Assembly: GCA_018725125.1 (NCBI GenBank)
Contig: QLTW01000002.1
Span: 1-37,538 of the forward strand
Reading direction: 5' to 3'
DNA: 37,538 nt
Source: Candidatus Psychracetigena formicireducens
GTDB taxonomy: Bacteria > Coprothermobacterota > HKB111
Position numbers and translations under genes: made by a program. The notes beneath the pieces are model-generated. The model saw only the letters and a list, made by a program, of their open reading frames with translations, did no database searches and was not told where the DNA came from. Within the stretch, counting starts at the first letter, position 1, and each line of letters starts with the position of its first letter. Shown in pieces: positions 8,552 to 18,102 of the stretch.

Positions 8552-9013
8552 ATGAAGAAAAAGATTTATTTGCTGGCTATTTTAATCTCTGTAGTGGGTT
8601 TATTATCAGTAATTGGAATTAACGACTTGCTGATAGCCCAAACTGCTCCACCAGGGTCAAGTAACGACCCCATTGTAACCAAATCTTATGTAGATGCAAA
8701 ATTTGATGAGCTAATGAGAGAAATTAACCTACTTAAAGCTCAGAATAGAGTTTTTTTACAAGAGATTGCCACTCTTAAAAACCAAATAGCTACTTTAACG
8801 ACTACTCCATCAACCCCCACACAAACCGGAACAGTTACTTCCTCATCTTTAAATATGAGATCAGGATCGGGGACTAACTTCTCTGTTATCAGAACTCTAA
8901 CACTGGGAACAGAGTTTACAGTCCTTAGAACAGAAGGAGTATGGCTTCAAATAAGACTTAGGGATGGTAGAACAGGATGGGTTCACTCTGGATTCGTAAG
9001 ATTATCCCCCTAA
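8552..9013 (+). CDS. Secreted or anchored coiled-coil protein with a C-terminal bacterial SH3 domain
   Basis: Strong RBS AAAGGAGG 8 nt upstream. N-terminal hydrophobic segment IYLLAILISVVGLLSVIGI. Heptad-like segment DAKFDELMREINLLKAQNRVFLQEIATLKNQIATL. SH3_3-like GTVTSSSLNMRSGSGTNFSVIRTL...GWVHSGFV. Confidence 0.75.
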   Translation: MKKKIYLLAILISVVGLLSVIGINDLLIAQTAPPGSSNDPIVTKSYVDAKFDELMREINLLKAQNRVFLQEIATLKNQIATLTTTPSTPTQTGTVTSSSLNMRSGSGTNFSVIRTLTLGTEFTVLRTEGVWLQIRLRDGRTGWVHSGFVRLSP

Positions 9014-10578
9014 TCATATTTCTAATTGCGTTAGTAACTATACCCATAACTCAGGCGAGCGCTAACCCGGATATTAAGATTGGATTAGCGGTAAGACAGA
9101 CTTCTGCAAATATTTCCATTAATAAAGGTATGTATTTCCTGGAAATCCCCCTGAGCCAGGAGAGCGCGCTACTCAACGAATCAGACAGGTTAACAATTCA
9201 AATAAACCACAGAAGCCAACCAACCTTCTCTGTGGTGGTAGGCCCTTTTGTTAGGTTAGGTCTTTTCCCTTTTGAAAATGAGGAAGGAGCCTTGAAAGCT
9301 CTTATTAAAATAAACAATTTAGGCTTTCAGGGTAATATCATCGCTTTCACTTCTATACCAACCTATGTAATTGAGATTGGTAGGTTTCAGGATATCCTGG
9401 AAGCCGAAATTTTCCGTCTTCAACTGGAAGCACATTTTTCGGGTCCAGTAATTCTTCCTACCTTGAGGAATGGAGTGTTAATAAGACACCCTGAATTTGA
9501 AATATTTTACCCAACCTTTGATAGTGTCCCTTTATCAAAAATCATAAATATTAGGCCTTTTGGCTCTGGTCTCCTTAATTATGGTACCAGAACCTATAGA
9601 GGATCTTTAGGAATATTCTGGTCCCCTTCGCAGGAAGATTTTCAGGTAATTAATGAACTACCTATAGAGGATTACTTATTGGGCGTAGTTCCTTCGGAAA
9701 TGCCTGATTCTTTTAATATTGAAGCTTTGAAAGCCCAGGCAATAGCAGCTAGAACTTATGCTCTAAGAAACTTTGGTAGATTTAGAAGAAAAGGGTTTGA
9801 TTTATGCGATACTTCTATCAGTCAGGTATATAGAGGTTTTACAGCTGAAAGACCAAACTCTACCCAAGCTTTAATAGACACTTACGGAATGGTATTGCAC
9901 CATAATGGAGATTTAGCCCATACCTTTTACCATTCCACTTCAGGAGGAAGAACAGAAAATGTTGAAAATGTTTGGGGTGGGCTACCCATTCCCTATTTAG
10001 TGGCTGTTGATAGCCCTTTTGAAACTGCATCTCCTCACTTTACCTGGGTTAGAAACCTAACCTTACCCCAGATAACTGATATGATTAATCGGCTTTTAGT
10101 AAGTAGAGGACTTTCCTCGGTAGGCAATATTAGAGATATTCAGGTATTAAGACGCGGACAGTCGCCTCGAATCCTCACTGCTCGAATTATTGGAGACAGG
10201 GGAAATGCTGATGTGAGCGGAGGATTTATAAGATCTGCTCTTTCGCTTAGAGAAACCTGGGCTTTTTTTGAGTTTGATGGTGGTCCAGGTAGAAAAGTTT
10301 TTACCATTAATGCCTCTAATAATGTCGTGGAATCCCGACTGGGAGATTTACTTGATTTTTCATCTATAGGAAACAACCAGAGCATTGTTATCAAAGGTCG
10401 GGAATCCCAGGAAAATATCCCCGTTAGATGGCAAAATGTGACAGTCTCTGGTAGGGGCTGGGGTCACGGTGTGGGCATGTCTCAATGGGGTGCACAGGGC
10501 CTGGCTCAAAATGGTTGGAATTTTGAAAGAATCCTGCAACATTTCTACCCAGGTACTATAGTTACCAAAATTTATTAA
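8977..10578 (+). CDS. SpoIID/LytB-family cell-wall protein (amidase-enhancer/lytic transglycosylase family) with an N-terminal signal peptide and a tentative SPOR-like region
   Basis: Motifs IEDYLLGVVPSEMPDSFNIEALKAQAIAARTYAL, CDTSISQVYRG, YHSTSGGRTEN and GRGWGHGVGMSQWGAQGLA. Signal peptide ends at ITQASA. Overlaps the SH3 gene by 37 nt. Confidence 0.9.
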   Translation: MGSLWIRKIIPLIIFLIALVTIPITQASANPDIKIGLAVRQTSANISINKGMYFLEIPLSQESALLNESDRLTIQINHRSQPTFSVVVGPFVRLGLFPFENEEGALKALIKINNLGFQGNIIAFTSIPTYVIEIGRFQDILEAEIFRLQLEAHFSGPVILPTLRNGVLIRHPEFEIFYPTFDSVPLSKIINIRPFGSGLLNYGTRTYRGSLGIFWSPSQEDFQVINELPIEDYLLGVVPSEMPDSFNIEALKAQAIAARTYALRNFGRFRRKGFDLCDTSISQVYRGFTAERPNSTQALIDTYGMVLHHNGDLAHTFYHSTSGGRTENVENVWGGLPIPYLVAVDSPFETASPHFTWVRNLTLPQITDMINRLLVSRGLSSVGNIRDIQVLRRGQSPRILTARIIGDRGNADVSGGFIRSALSLRETWAFFEFDGGPGRKVFTINASNNVVESRLGDLLDFSSIGNNQSIVIKGRESQENIPVRWQNVTVSGRGWGHGVGMSQWGAQGLAQNGWNFERILQHFYPGTIVTKIY

Positions 10579-10580
10579 TA

Positions 10581-10611
10581 AAAAAGGGGGCTTTCTTAAA
10601 AACCCCCTTTT
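10581..10611. terminator. Bidirectional intrinsic terminator between the convergent SpoIID-family gene and pmbA
   Basis: AAAAAGGGGG-ctttcttaaaaa-CCCCCTTTT. The G/C-rich stem is flanked by an A-tract on one side and a T-tract on the other, 2 nt after the SpoIID-family stop codon. Confidence 0.75.
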
Positions 10612-10636
10612 CTGTTGCCGATTCTTCTGTTTTTAA

Positions 10637-11977
10637 TTAAAACTCAGTTACACCGGTGAATTTAAATCCTTTTATCTTCAGTGCTGGTACCAAAGAAGCC
10701 CCAAACCCTAGAGGTATTAAACTCCGTTCTTTTCCCACCATCTCCACTTTTTCCAGGGCTTCAAAATAGGACTGGGTAAACCTAAGGTTTTTTATCGGTT
10801 TTACAGTCCTACCATTTTCTATCAAGAAGGTTCCATCTCGAGTCATACCCGTAATGACCGCTTTCACCGGGTCAATAGGATTAGTATAGTGGAAACGGGT
10901 AACAAATACTCCTTTTTCCACTGACTTAATCATTTCTTCCAGGCTAAATTCACCAGCATCCATAAACAGATTGGAAGGTAAGGCACCGTAGTAAGCAAAG
11001 GTGGCCGGTAAATTGTGCCCGGTTGGTTCCACGCCAGCTTTTTTCGCAGTAAAGGAGTCATAAACCAGGCCTTTAGCTATACCTCTTTCAATCAGGGGAA
11101 TTTTTTTCTTGGCTAAACCTTCAAAATCAAATGGAATAGGCATGCCCAGATGGTTCTGATTGTCATCGTATATGGTGACCAGGGGTGAAGCAACCTGCTG
11201 TCCCATTTTCATTTTTATATAGGAGCGCCCTTCTTCAGCAGCCTTACCATTAAAGCTTAAATAAGATAACATCTGTAATATATCTGAAGTGGCGTAAGGT
11301 TTGATTACTACATCATACTCACCTGCTTCAATAGATTGGGGATTTAAAGTATTCAGGCAGGTAGTTATAGCCTCATCAGAAATTTTGATAATATCAAGCT
11401 TGTCTAAACCTGCATTAACTGTTTCGCCATACCCACTACCACCTTCTTGAAGACATATAATCCTAAACTCAGACCTGGTAAAAGGAAAATAGGCTTTCAA
11501 GCCTTTAGTATTCATAATACACAGCTCTAAAACTTCCGTGGTAAGTGCTCCATAAGCTTCAACTCTGCGAGCTTTTGCCTTCTGAACAGCCCTACCGACT
11601 ATTACAGCCCTATCCTCCGGCGAAGCCTTAATGGTGGACTCGGATACTGAATTAACAGTATGGTAAATTTGTGGTTCAGGTAGGTCTGGCAGGTAAGGGT
11701 TAACTGGCATTAACTGCGCAATCGTCCTGGCATTAGATAACGCTTTTTCAACTCCCAGTTTAGAAGTATCGTTAGTAGAACTAATACCCATCTTTTGGTC
11801 TTGAATATAAGATAAGGTTAGCTCAGTGTTGTTTTCTGAAACATTCTGATGTATCTCTCCCCTGGCAAAACGGGTAAGGTTAGAAACAGTAGATAAAATA
11901 GTTACTTTTAAATCAGCCTTACCAGCTAATTCTAAAGCTTTTAAACCTATCTCCCTTAACTTCTTTTCACCAATCAT
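10637..11977 (-). CDS. pmbA: PmbA/TldE family metalloprotease partner subunit
   Basis: 446-aa TldD/PmbA-fold protein lacking the HExxxH motif. Its start overlaps the tldD stop by 4 nt, the typical tldD-pmbA pairing. Confidence 0.88.
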   Translation of the reverse strand: MIGEKKLREIGLKALELAGKADLKVTILSTVSNLTRFARGEIHQNVSENNTELTLSYIQDQKMGISSTNDTSKLGVEKALSNARTIAQLMPVNPYLPDLPEPQIYHTVNSVSESTIKASPEDRAVIVGRAVQKAKARRVEAYGALTTEVLELCIMNTKGLKAYFPFTRSEFRIICLQEGGSGYGETVNAGLDKLDIIKISDEAITTCLNTLNPQSIEAGEYDVVIKPYATSDILQMLSYLSFNGKAAEEGRSYIKMKMGQQVASPLVTIYDDNQNHLGMPIPFDFEGLAKKKIPLIERGIAKGLVYDSFTAKKAGVEPTGHNLPATFAYYGALPSNLFMDAGEFSLEEMIKSVEKGVFVTRFHYTNPIDPVKAVITGMTRDGTFLIENGRTVKPIKNLRFTQSYFEALEKVEMVGKERSLIPLGFGASLVPALKIKGFKFTGVTEF

Positions 11978-13416
11978 TTGGCTACCCCCATTCGCACATT
12001 CCGAAACCTGGCGGGAACTGTGCCATGACCAACTCTGGCAGTTTGGGGAGGTTCTCCCTTGCCGCAGTTAGGCAAACCCCAAACCCTGAAGTAGTCAGCA
12101 TTACACAAAGCATCCATACTTCTCCAGAACTCATAGGTAATACCGGTATAGGTAGGATTTTTGTGTATTTCTCCCAGTTTTCCATCTTTGATTTCATAAG
12201 CGATTTCGCACCCAAACTGGAAATTTAACCGTTTATCATCTATGGACCAGGACTTGTTAGTTAACATGTAGAAACCATGGTCAACTTCACCGATAAGTTC
12301 TTCCAGGGTTTTATCTCCGGGCTCTATATTTATATTGGTCATCCTGATGAGGGGAAGCCTATTCCAACCATCAGCTCTCATGGTAGCGTTGCTCTTCTGA
12401 TTCAAAATCATTGCTGTTTCTCTGGAAGTGAGGTAACCAACAAACTGTCCTGCTTTTACCAGATAGGTTTTCCTGGCCTTAACTCCCTCGTCATCATAAG
12501 CAAAACTTCCTAGTCCATAAGGCTCAGTAGCATCCTGGTATAGGTTTACCAGCGACGAACCATATTGAAAGTTATTCAATTTATCGGGGGTTAAAAAACT
12601 GGTACCAGCATAACTCGCTTCACTCCCCAGAACCCGGTCTAATTCGGTTGGGTGACCACAAGATTCATGGATTTGCAGGGTCATCTGAGTGCTATCCAGA
12701 ATAAGGGTGGAAACTACTGCAGGTACCGGTGGTGCTTTGAGCAGTTGAGTAGCTTCTTCTCCAACTCGGGCAGCGTTTTCGGATAATTTTAATCCTTCTA
12801 CAAACTCCCACCCGGCTTTACGATAGTCTCCACCAAAGGAACTGGGGTAACTTCTCGTTTGAACCTCTCCATCTTTAATGGCTAAAGCGGAAATTCCTGC
12901 ACCACTTTCTATAAATGATTGTTCAATATATGAGCCCTCGGAAGAGGCAAAGGTTTTGTCTTCTTTAAAAAACTCCATAGATACTTCCCCAATCTTAATA
13001 TCTTCAGAAGTATGAAGTAATTTTTCTGCTTCCATCATCAACTTAACTTTTTCGTTGAACGGTACTTTGAAGGGGTCTTTCTCACAATTGGTTACCCATT
13101 TATCGTTTATAACTTCGGTGGGAACTAAAATAGTCTCTCTATCTTTCACCATTCTGGAAGCACGGGCGATATTGAAAGCTTCTTCAGCTGTTCTTTTAAA
13201 GCCTTCGCTTCCAAATTGAGATGATGAGCTAAAACCCCAGGCTCCTTTAAATAAAACCCTTACACCATAACCATAATCAACAATAGAGGAGGCTGTTTCA
13301 ACTCTTTGATTTTTTACTTTAATTTTTTCAATCTCTCTTCGGACTATCCTCACATCTGCATAATTTACCCCGGGGAGAGAAAGAAACCCTAAGATTTCTC
13401 TTGTTTCATTCTTCAT
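11974..13416 (-). CDS. tldD: TldD family zinc metalloprotease
   Basis: Catalytic motif HESCGHPTELDR, conserved GxC-rich C-terminus LPNCGKGEPPQTARVGHG, 480 aa. Confidence 0.92.
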   Translation of the reverse strand: MKNETREILGFLSLPGVNYADVRIVRREIEKIKVKNQRVETASSIVDYGYGVRVLFKGAWGFSSSSQFGSEGFKRTAEEAFNIARASRMVKDRETILVPTEVINDKWVTNCEKDPFKVPFNEKVKLMMEAEKLLHTSEDIKIGEVSMEFFKEDKTFASSEGSYIEQSFIESGAGISALAIKDGEVQTRSYPSSFGGDYRKAGWEFVEGLKLSENAARVGEEATQLLKAPPVPAVVSTLILDSTQMTLQIHESCGHPTELDRVLGSEASYAGTSFLTPDKLNNFQYGSSLVNLYQDATEPYGLGSFAYDDEGVKARKTYLVKAGQFVGYLTSRETAMILNQKSNATMRADGWNRLPLIRMTNINIEPGDKTLEELIGEVDHGFYMLTNKSWSIDDKRLNFQFGCEIAYEIKDGKLGEIHKNPTYTGITYEFWRSMDALCNADYFRVWGLPNCGKGEPPQTARVGHGTVPARFRNVRMGVAK

Positions 13417-13420
13417 TTCA

Positions 13421-14641
13421 TTACTTACCTCTTTTTGCTATAAAATCTTCCAGCAAAACAAACAGTAGATTTAATAAGACCCCAGTGAAAGAAGCCAGAG
13501 CTAAAATCGACACTTTATACCCACCAAAGTAAACTCCAGTTCCTTCTAATGCTCCCTCGCCAAACACCAGGATACCTCCAGGCATTAAGCCAAGGCCGAT
13601 GATTACAACGGGGATTATCAGGTTCTTAGCTTGAGAGAAATCTACATCCCCGGTTATCATAATTTTAAAACCGAGAACAATAATCAAGCCAACTGTAACC
13701 ATCAACAAGCTGTTCAAAACGGAAAAAGGTATTGCTCCAACCAGGGCTTCCAGTTTTCCAGAAAAAGCTAATAAAATAGTTAATCCAGCAGCTATTAAAA
13801 TTGGTAAAGTCTTTTTCTCATCTAAAAGTGCCATTGACCCTGTTATCTGGCCATAGGGCGTTACCGGGGGAGACCCCACCAATCCTACTATCAGGTTAGC
13901 AATTCCATTCCCCAATAAAGTGTTACTAAGCCCAGGTTCAATAAACACATCTTTTTCTACTACCTGACTGACAGCAAAAACCTGACCAATATGGTCTATC
14001 ATAGCAGCAATAGCACCGGGTATTATCCACAAGAAAGCACGTAATTGAAAGGTAGGGTAGACAAATTCAGGAATAGAAAACATAGGAGCGTTAATAAATC
14101 TGGTAAGATCAATGTTACCTCTAAAGAAACCTGCAATTACACCTACTACTATTCCCAATAATAATGAGTAGGGTCGGGTTTCTTTCCTGTAGCTTAAAGC
14201 TACAATTGATAAAATGGTTATTAGGGATAAGGTCAAATCAGCAGATACTTTGACAGAAATATCGGGTAATAAAGTAAGCCCTACCAATACAATTATGGGA
14301 CCAATAACCACCGGAGGAAAGTATTTGGGAATTCTGTAAAGACCAACTAATTTAATTAAGAAGCTCATTGCAAAGTAAGCAATAGCGGAAATCATAACTG
14401 CAAATGCTACGCCACCAGTGAGTAATTCTATCCGTATTGAACTGATAAGGGCAATATAAGCAAAAGAAACTCCCATAAATACTGGCACTTTACCTTTACC
14501 TACAAAAAACATAATAAAAGTAGATACTCCTGCACCCAGGAGTGACAGGTTGGTTGGGACACCCATAGCGGTAGAAATAAAAACTATACCGCTGTAGGCA
14601 ACAACAAGAAGTTGTAAGGAAACAAATGCTGTTTTAATCAT
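13421..14641 (-). CDS. NCS2 (uracil/xanthine permease-like) family transporter, divergent
   Basis: Polytopic hydrophobic protein of 406 aa. Segments GSPPVTPYGQITGSMALL and AIPFSVLNSLLMVTVGLIIVLGFKI resemble NCS2 signature regions. Substrate cannot be inferred. Confidence 0.6.
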   Translation of the reverse strand: MIKTAFVSLQLLVVAYSGIVFISTAMGVPTNLSLLGAGVSTFIMFFVGKGKVPVFMGVSFAYIALISSIRIELLTGGVAFAVMISAIAYFAMSFLIKLVGLYRIPKYFPPVVIGPIIVLVGLTLLPDISVKVSADLTLSLITILSIVALSYRKETRPYSLLLGIVVGVIAGFFRGNIDLTRFINAPMFSIPEFVYPTFQLRAFLWIIPGAIAAMIDHIGQVFAVSQVVEKDVFIEPGLSNTLLGNGIANLIVGLVGSPPVTPYGQITGSMALLDEKKTLPILIAAGLTILLAFSGKLEALVGAIPFSVLNSLLMVTVGLIIVLGFKIMITGDVDFSQAKNLIIPVVIIGLGLMPGGILVFGEGALEGTGVYFGGYKVSILALASFTGVLLNLLFVLLEDFIAKRGK

Positions 14642-14680
14642 CGTTCTTGAACCTCCATTATTTTATTTTTAATAAAAAAA

Positions 14681-15502
14681 CTATTCAAAGTAAGGTTTAA
14701 CTTCTACCTCTTCCCCTTCTTTTAAACCCAGTGTTCGGGCTGACTTATCAGCAATTACCAGAGCTTTTCCTAAACCCGTTTTAAGTTCAGCAATAAATAT
14801 AGTTCCTCTGATAAACACTCTACCGGTGAATAAATTGTTTTCTACCCAATTATTTGCTATATTTTTATCCATTTGCACCATATCTTTTGAGATAGAGAAA
14901 CTCTTCACCACGGTTAACTTAATTCCTGGAGCATCTGTTGTAGGCATAGAAACTGCCTTTTTAACAGGAGAAGGGCTACCAGGTCTTACTATTCCAGCCC
15001 TGATCAGGTGGATTAAGGCTTCAAGCTCTTTGATACCTACCTTACCCTCTTCATCTAAGATAGCTTTCATTTTGACCCGGGTAGCTACCAGTAACAACAT
15101 TTTTAACTCAAGGCTACTTAGTACTATTTCCGAGTAATCACTTTCCACAACTAAATCGGTGTCTAAAGGGGGAATAAAATCCTTTATTTCATTCCAGATG
15201 TCACCTAACACTGATAAGTACATAGAAAGCTCTTCATGAGACTTGGTTATAGTATTATTTGAGGTTATTTTATTAGGGTTAAAAATAAAAGGTCCACTTT
15301 TTAAAATTAATAACCTTTCCAGAATTTTTTCACCCTCATTTTCTCCATGTTCTGCATGAATAACCCCTTTTTCATCAAAATAAATACTCCACTCGTCTCC
15401 AGGATAAGGGTGAAACACCAATGCACCTTTTCTCTTAGAGATTATAACCAGGTTAATAAGGTCAGTAAGCGAAAAATCCTTTAAATCACCTTCTAATGCC
15501 AC
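14681..15502 (-). CDS. DUF4388 (PATAN-type N-terminal) domain protein with an uncharacterised C-terminal beta-barrel-like domain
   Basis: N-terminus GDLKDFSLTDLINLVIISKRKGALVF is the DUF4388 signature. The C-terminal ~80 aa (KLTVVKSF...GLKEGEEVEVKP) resembles AbrB/VatN-like barrels, but only loosely. GTG start. Confidence 0.6.
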   Translation of the reverse strand: MALEGDLKDFSLTDLINLVIISKRKGALVFHPYPGDEWSIYFDEKGVIHAEHGENEGEKILERLLILKSGPFIFNPNKITSNNTITKSHEELSMYLSVLGDIWNEIKDFIPPLDTDLVVESDYSEIVLSSLELKMLLLVATRVKMKAILDEEGKVGIKELEALIHLIRAGIVRPGSPSPVKKAVSMPTTDAPGIKLTVVKSFSISKDMVQMDKNIANNWVENNLFTGRVFIRGTIFIAELKTGLGKALVIADKSARTLGLKEGEEVEVKPYFE

Positions 15503-15622
15503 CTATGCCATCACTCTCCTTTTTTTGTTGTTCTGGGTAATAGCCATTTTTTTAAATAATACCCCTTTTAAAACTAAACTTTCTACCCTTATTATAAGTT
15601 GTTTATCAATTAGGAAATTATA

Positions 15623-16351
15623 TCAGATAAACCGTTTTACTACTTCTAGGTCTTCAATTTTATCTACATCCATACCTATTTCAGGATAGGGACAGAGCAA
15701 CCCTCTAACTGGACCCTTAACGAAATGATAAGCTCTTCTCTCAATGTATTTAACGCTTAATAATCCCAATAGATAAAGGGCAACTATATCATACCCAACC
15801 AACCTAGCAATTTTTAAAGGATTTTTACGATAGTCAGTTGCTTTTTTTATTAATTGTTTTATTTCCCCCAGAAGGTTCCTCTCAACCAGAGCAATATTTC
15901 CCAGGGTAACCAAGCCCTCCTTCAAGCGGACATAAGTTCTTCTTGCTCCAGGATAACTCTTATCAATAACATTTTTGGTAATATAGGGCATAACTACCCG
16001 GGCACTACTTTTCAGGCCTTCATCTATAAACCACTGAATATGATTAGCTTTAACCAGAGGAATGTCTGCGCTACAGATTAAGATATAGTCTGATGATGTT
16101 TTCTCAAAACCTTTGAAAAGATTATCTGTTAGACTGGCATTGCTATCAACCCAGAAATGGTAATCATTCCCTACCACTTCGGCAACCTCTTTGCTGGCTA
16201 CCAATACAACTTTACCAATATTATTCACACTTTTTAATTCCTGTAAAGGATACCAAACCATGGGCTTTGAATTAATAAGTAAGAGAGATTTATAGCTGGC
16301 TTTTTCTGGCAAAAAGCTTCTGCCTCCAGCTAAAACTACAATATCTATCAT
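15623..16351 (-). CDS. MobA-like NTP transferase family protein (NTP_transf_3), unknown substrate
   Basis: N-terminal IDIVVLAGGRS nucleotide-binding loop and ILICSADIPL motif. It carries a ~60-aa C-terminal extension relative to MobA. The start overlaps the HIT gene stop by 4 nt. Confidence 0.7.
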   Translation of the reverse strand: MIDIVVLAGGRSFLPEKASYKSLLLINSKPMVWYPLQELKSVNNIGKVVLVASKEVAEVVGNDYHFWVDSNASLTDNLFKGFEKTSSDYILICSADIPLVKANHIQWFIDEGLKSSARVVMPYITKNVIDKSYPGARRTYVRLKEGLVTLGNIALVERNLLGEIKQLIKKATDYRKNPLKIARLVGYDIVALYLLGLLSVKYIERRAYHFVKGPVRGLLCPYPEIGMDVDKIEDLEVVKRFI

Positions 16352-16830
16352 AAAAATACTCCTTTTAACCTTCTGAAAGTATCTTCCAGGGCTTCTCCTA
16401 ATACTCTTATGTCGGAGATTACGGGCATAAAGTTGGTATCACCCTCCCACCTGGGAACAATATGAAAATGGATATGATTATCAATTCCTACCCCAGCTGC
16501 TTTCCCGATATTAACCCCAAGATTAAACCCCTGGGGATTAAACACAGCTTTAAGATTATCTATGCTCAAAATAACTGTTTTTATTATATCAATCATTTCT
16601 CCTTCCTGTAAATCACCCATATTACTAAGATGTTGGTAAGGAACAACCATCAGGTGACCGATATTATAGGGGTACCTATTTAACATAATTAAGCAGTATT
16701 TACTACGCATGAGTACAAGATTTTTCGCATCATTCTCTGATTTGGCAATTGAACAAAGAATGCATCCCGTTTCTTTTTCCTGTTGCAGGTAAATTATCCT
16801 CCAGGGTCTGAACATTATATTTTCAAACAA
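16348..16830 (-). CDS. HIT family protein (Ap4A phosphorylase / nucleotidyl hydrolase-transferase branch)
   Basis: Histidine triad NHIHFHIVPRW and RYPYNIGHLMVVP. TTG start, with GGAGG 6 nt upstream. Confidence 0.87.
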   Translation of the reverse strand: MFENIMFRPWRIIYLQQEKETGCILCSIAKSENDAKNLVLMRSKYCLIMLNRYPYNIGHLMVVPYQHLSNMGDLQEGEMIDIIKTVILSIDNLKAVFNPQGFNLGVNIGKAAGVGIDNHIHFHIVPRWEGDTNFMPVISDIRVLGEALEDTFRRLKGVFL

Positions 16831-16944
16831 CTAGAACCTCCAGTGTTCAAATATTTCAAATGATATTATGAATATATTATAAAGGTTTTTGTTAATCTGG
16901 TAAAATTATAAATAAAAAAAACGATTTAAAGGAAGGATTACGAA

Positions 16945-18063
16945 ATGCATCCCCAAAGAGCAGCTTTAGCTAAAGAAAATACACGACAAACTGTTCTCTT
17001 AAAAAGTGGATTTTATCTTATCTTAATAACTTATCTGACCTTGTTCATCAGACTGAACCTGGTGGATAGGATAAGGGAATTTAGTTTGTTTAAAGAACCC
17101 GATTGGTGGTCTGTTGGTTTGTTTACTTTACTTATGTTATTACCTTTACTACCCCTAAAACTACTATTTGATTGGTCTTTACTATATTACATCCCTAAAA
17201 AGTTTGGGCTGATTAAATATAACTTATTCCATTTCTTAAAAAAATCAGCTCAATCTATGTTAATTATTTATCTGCTGCTCACACTTTATTCCTACCTGTA
17301 TTATTACAGTATTCCCTTAAAGCTTCCAGGTTTTATACCGGTTGCTTTTTCCGTTTTAATTACTCCCTCGGTCATAGCTATACTGATTTTTGGTTTAACT
17401 CTTTTATGCTCTCCATTAGTACCTAAGTTTTTGAAACTTTCTCCTCTGGAAGAAAGCACTTCCAAAAGATTTAATAAATTACTTAATAAGCACCATTTGA
17501 AACCATCCCACCTAGCAACTTTTAAAGATAGCGATAAAACAAATAGTATGTCAGCATTTTTCACAGGCTTTGGCCCATTCAAAAAAATTGTATTTTCAGA
17601 AAATTTACTAAAAAAAGCTACTCAGGAGGAGTTAGAAGTTGTAGGTGTTCATGAAATTGGACATTACCGTTATGGTCATTTTTTAAAAGGTTTAACCCTA
17701 TTTTCTGCTTTAATTTTCTTCTATACCTATATCGGAATATCTTTACTTAAAAGGTTTGGTCAAGCCCTAAACTCAGGCGCCTTACCCGATCTGGCGAATT
17801 TTCCCTTATTATTTCTGTTTCTGCTAATCATAAACTTAGTAGGTTGGCCCTTATATCTCAGCATAAAAAGAGAGTGGGAGTACAATGTGGACCGATTTGC
17901 CATTAAGGCAATTAATAATTCTCGTTCTTTTATTTCTATCATGGAAAAGTTTATGGAAAGCAACTTGAAAGACCCTAACCCTCACTATTTAATCAGAATA
18001 TTATTTTTTACCCATCCTCCTATCATTGATAGAATAAATCTTGCTAAAAAATTCAGAAAATGA
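16945..18063 (+). CDS. M48 family (Ste24/HtpX-like) membrane zinc metalloprotease
   Basis: HEIGH zinc motif within VGVHEIGHYRYGH, C-terminal FFTHPPIIDRI, and multiple N-terminal TM segments. Confidence 0.85.
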   Translation: MHPQRAALAKENTRQTVLLKSGFYLILITYLTLFIRLNLVDRIREFSLFKEPDWWSVGLFTLLMLLPLLPLKLLFDWSLLYYIPKKFGLIKYNLFHFLKKSAQSMLIIYLLLTLYSYLYYYSIPLKLPGFIPVAFSVLITPSVIAILIFGLTLLCSPLVPKFLKLSPLEESTSKRFNKLLNKHHLKPSHLATFKDSDKTNSMSAFFTGFGPFKKIVFSENLLKKATQEELEVVGVHEIGHYRYGHFLKGLTLFSALIFFYTYIGISLLKRFGQALNSGALPDLANFPLLFLFLLIINLVGWPLYLSIKREWEYNVDRFAIKAINNSRSFISIMEKFMESNLKDPNPHYLIRILFFTHPPIIDRINLAKKFRK

Positions 18064-18102
18064 TAATATTACAGGTTAAATTATTTTTTGGAGGTATCCA
18101 GG

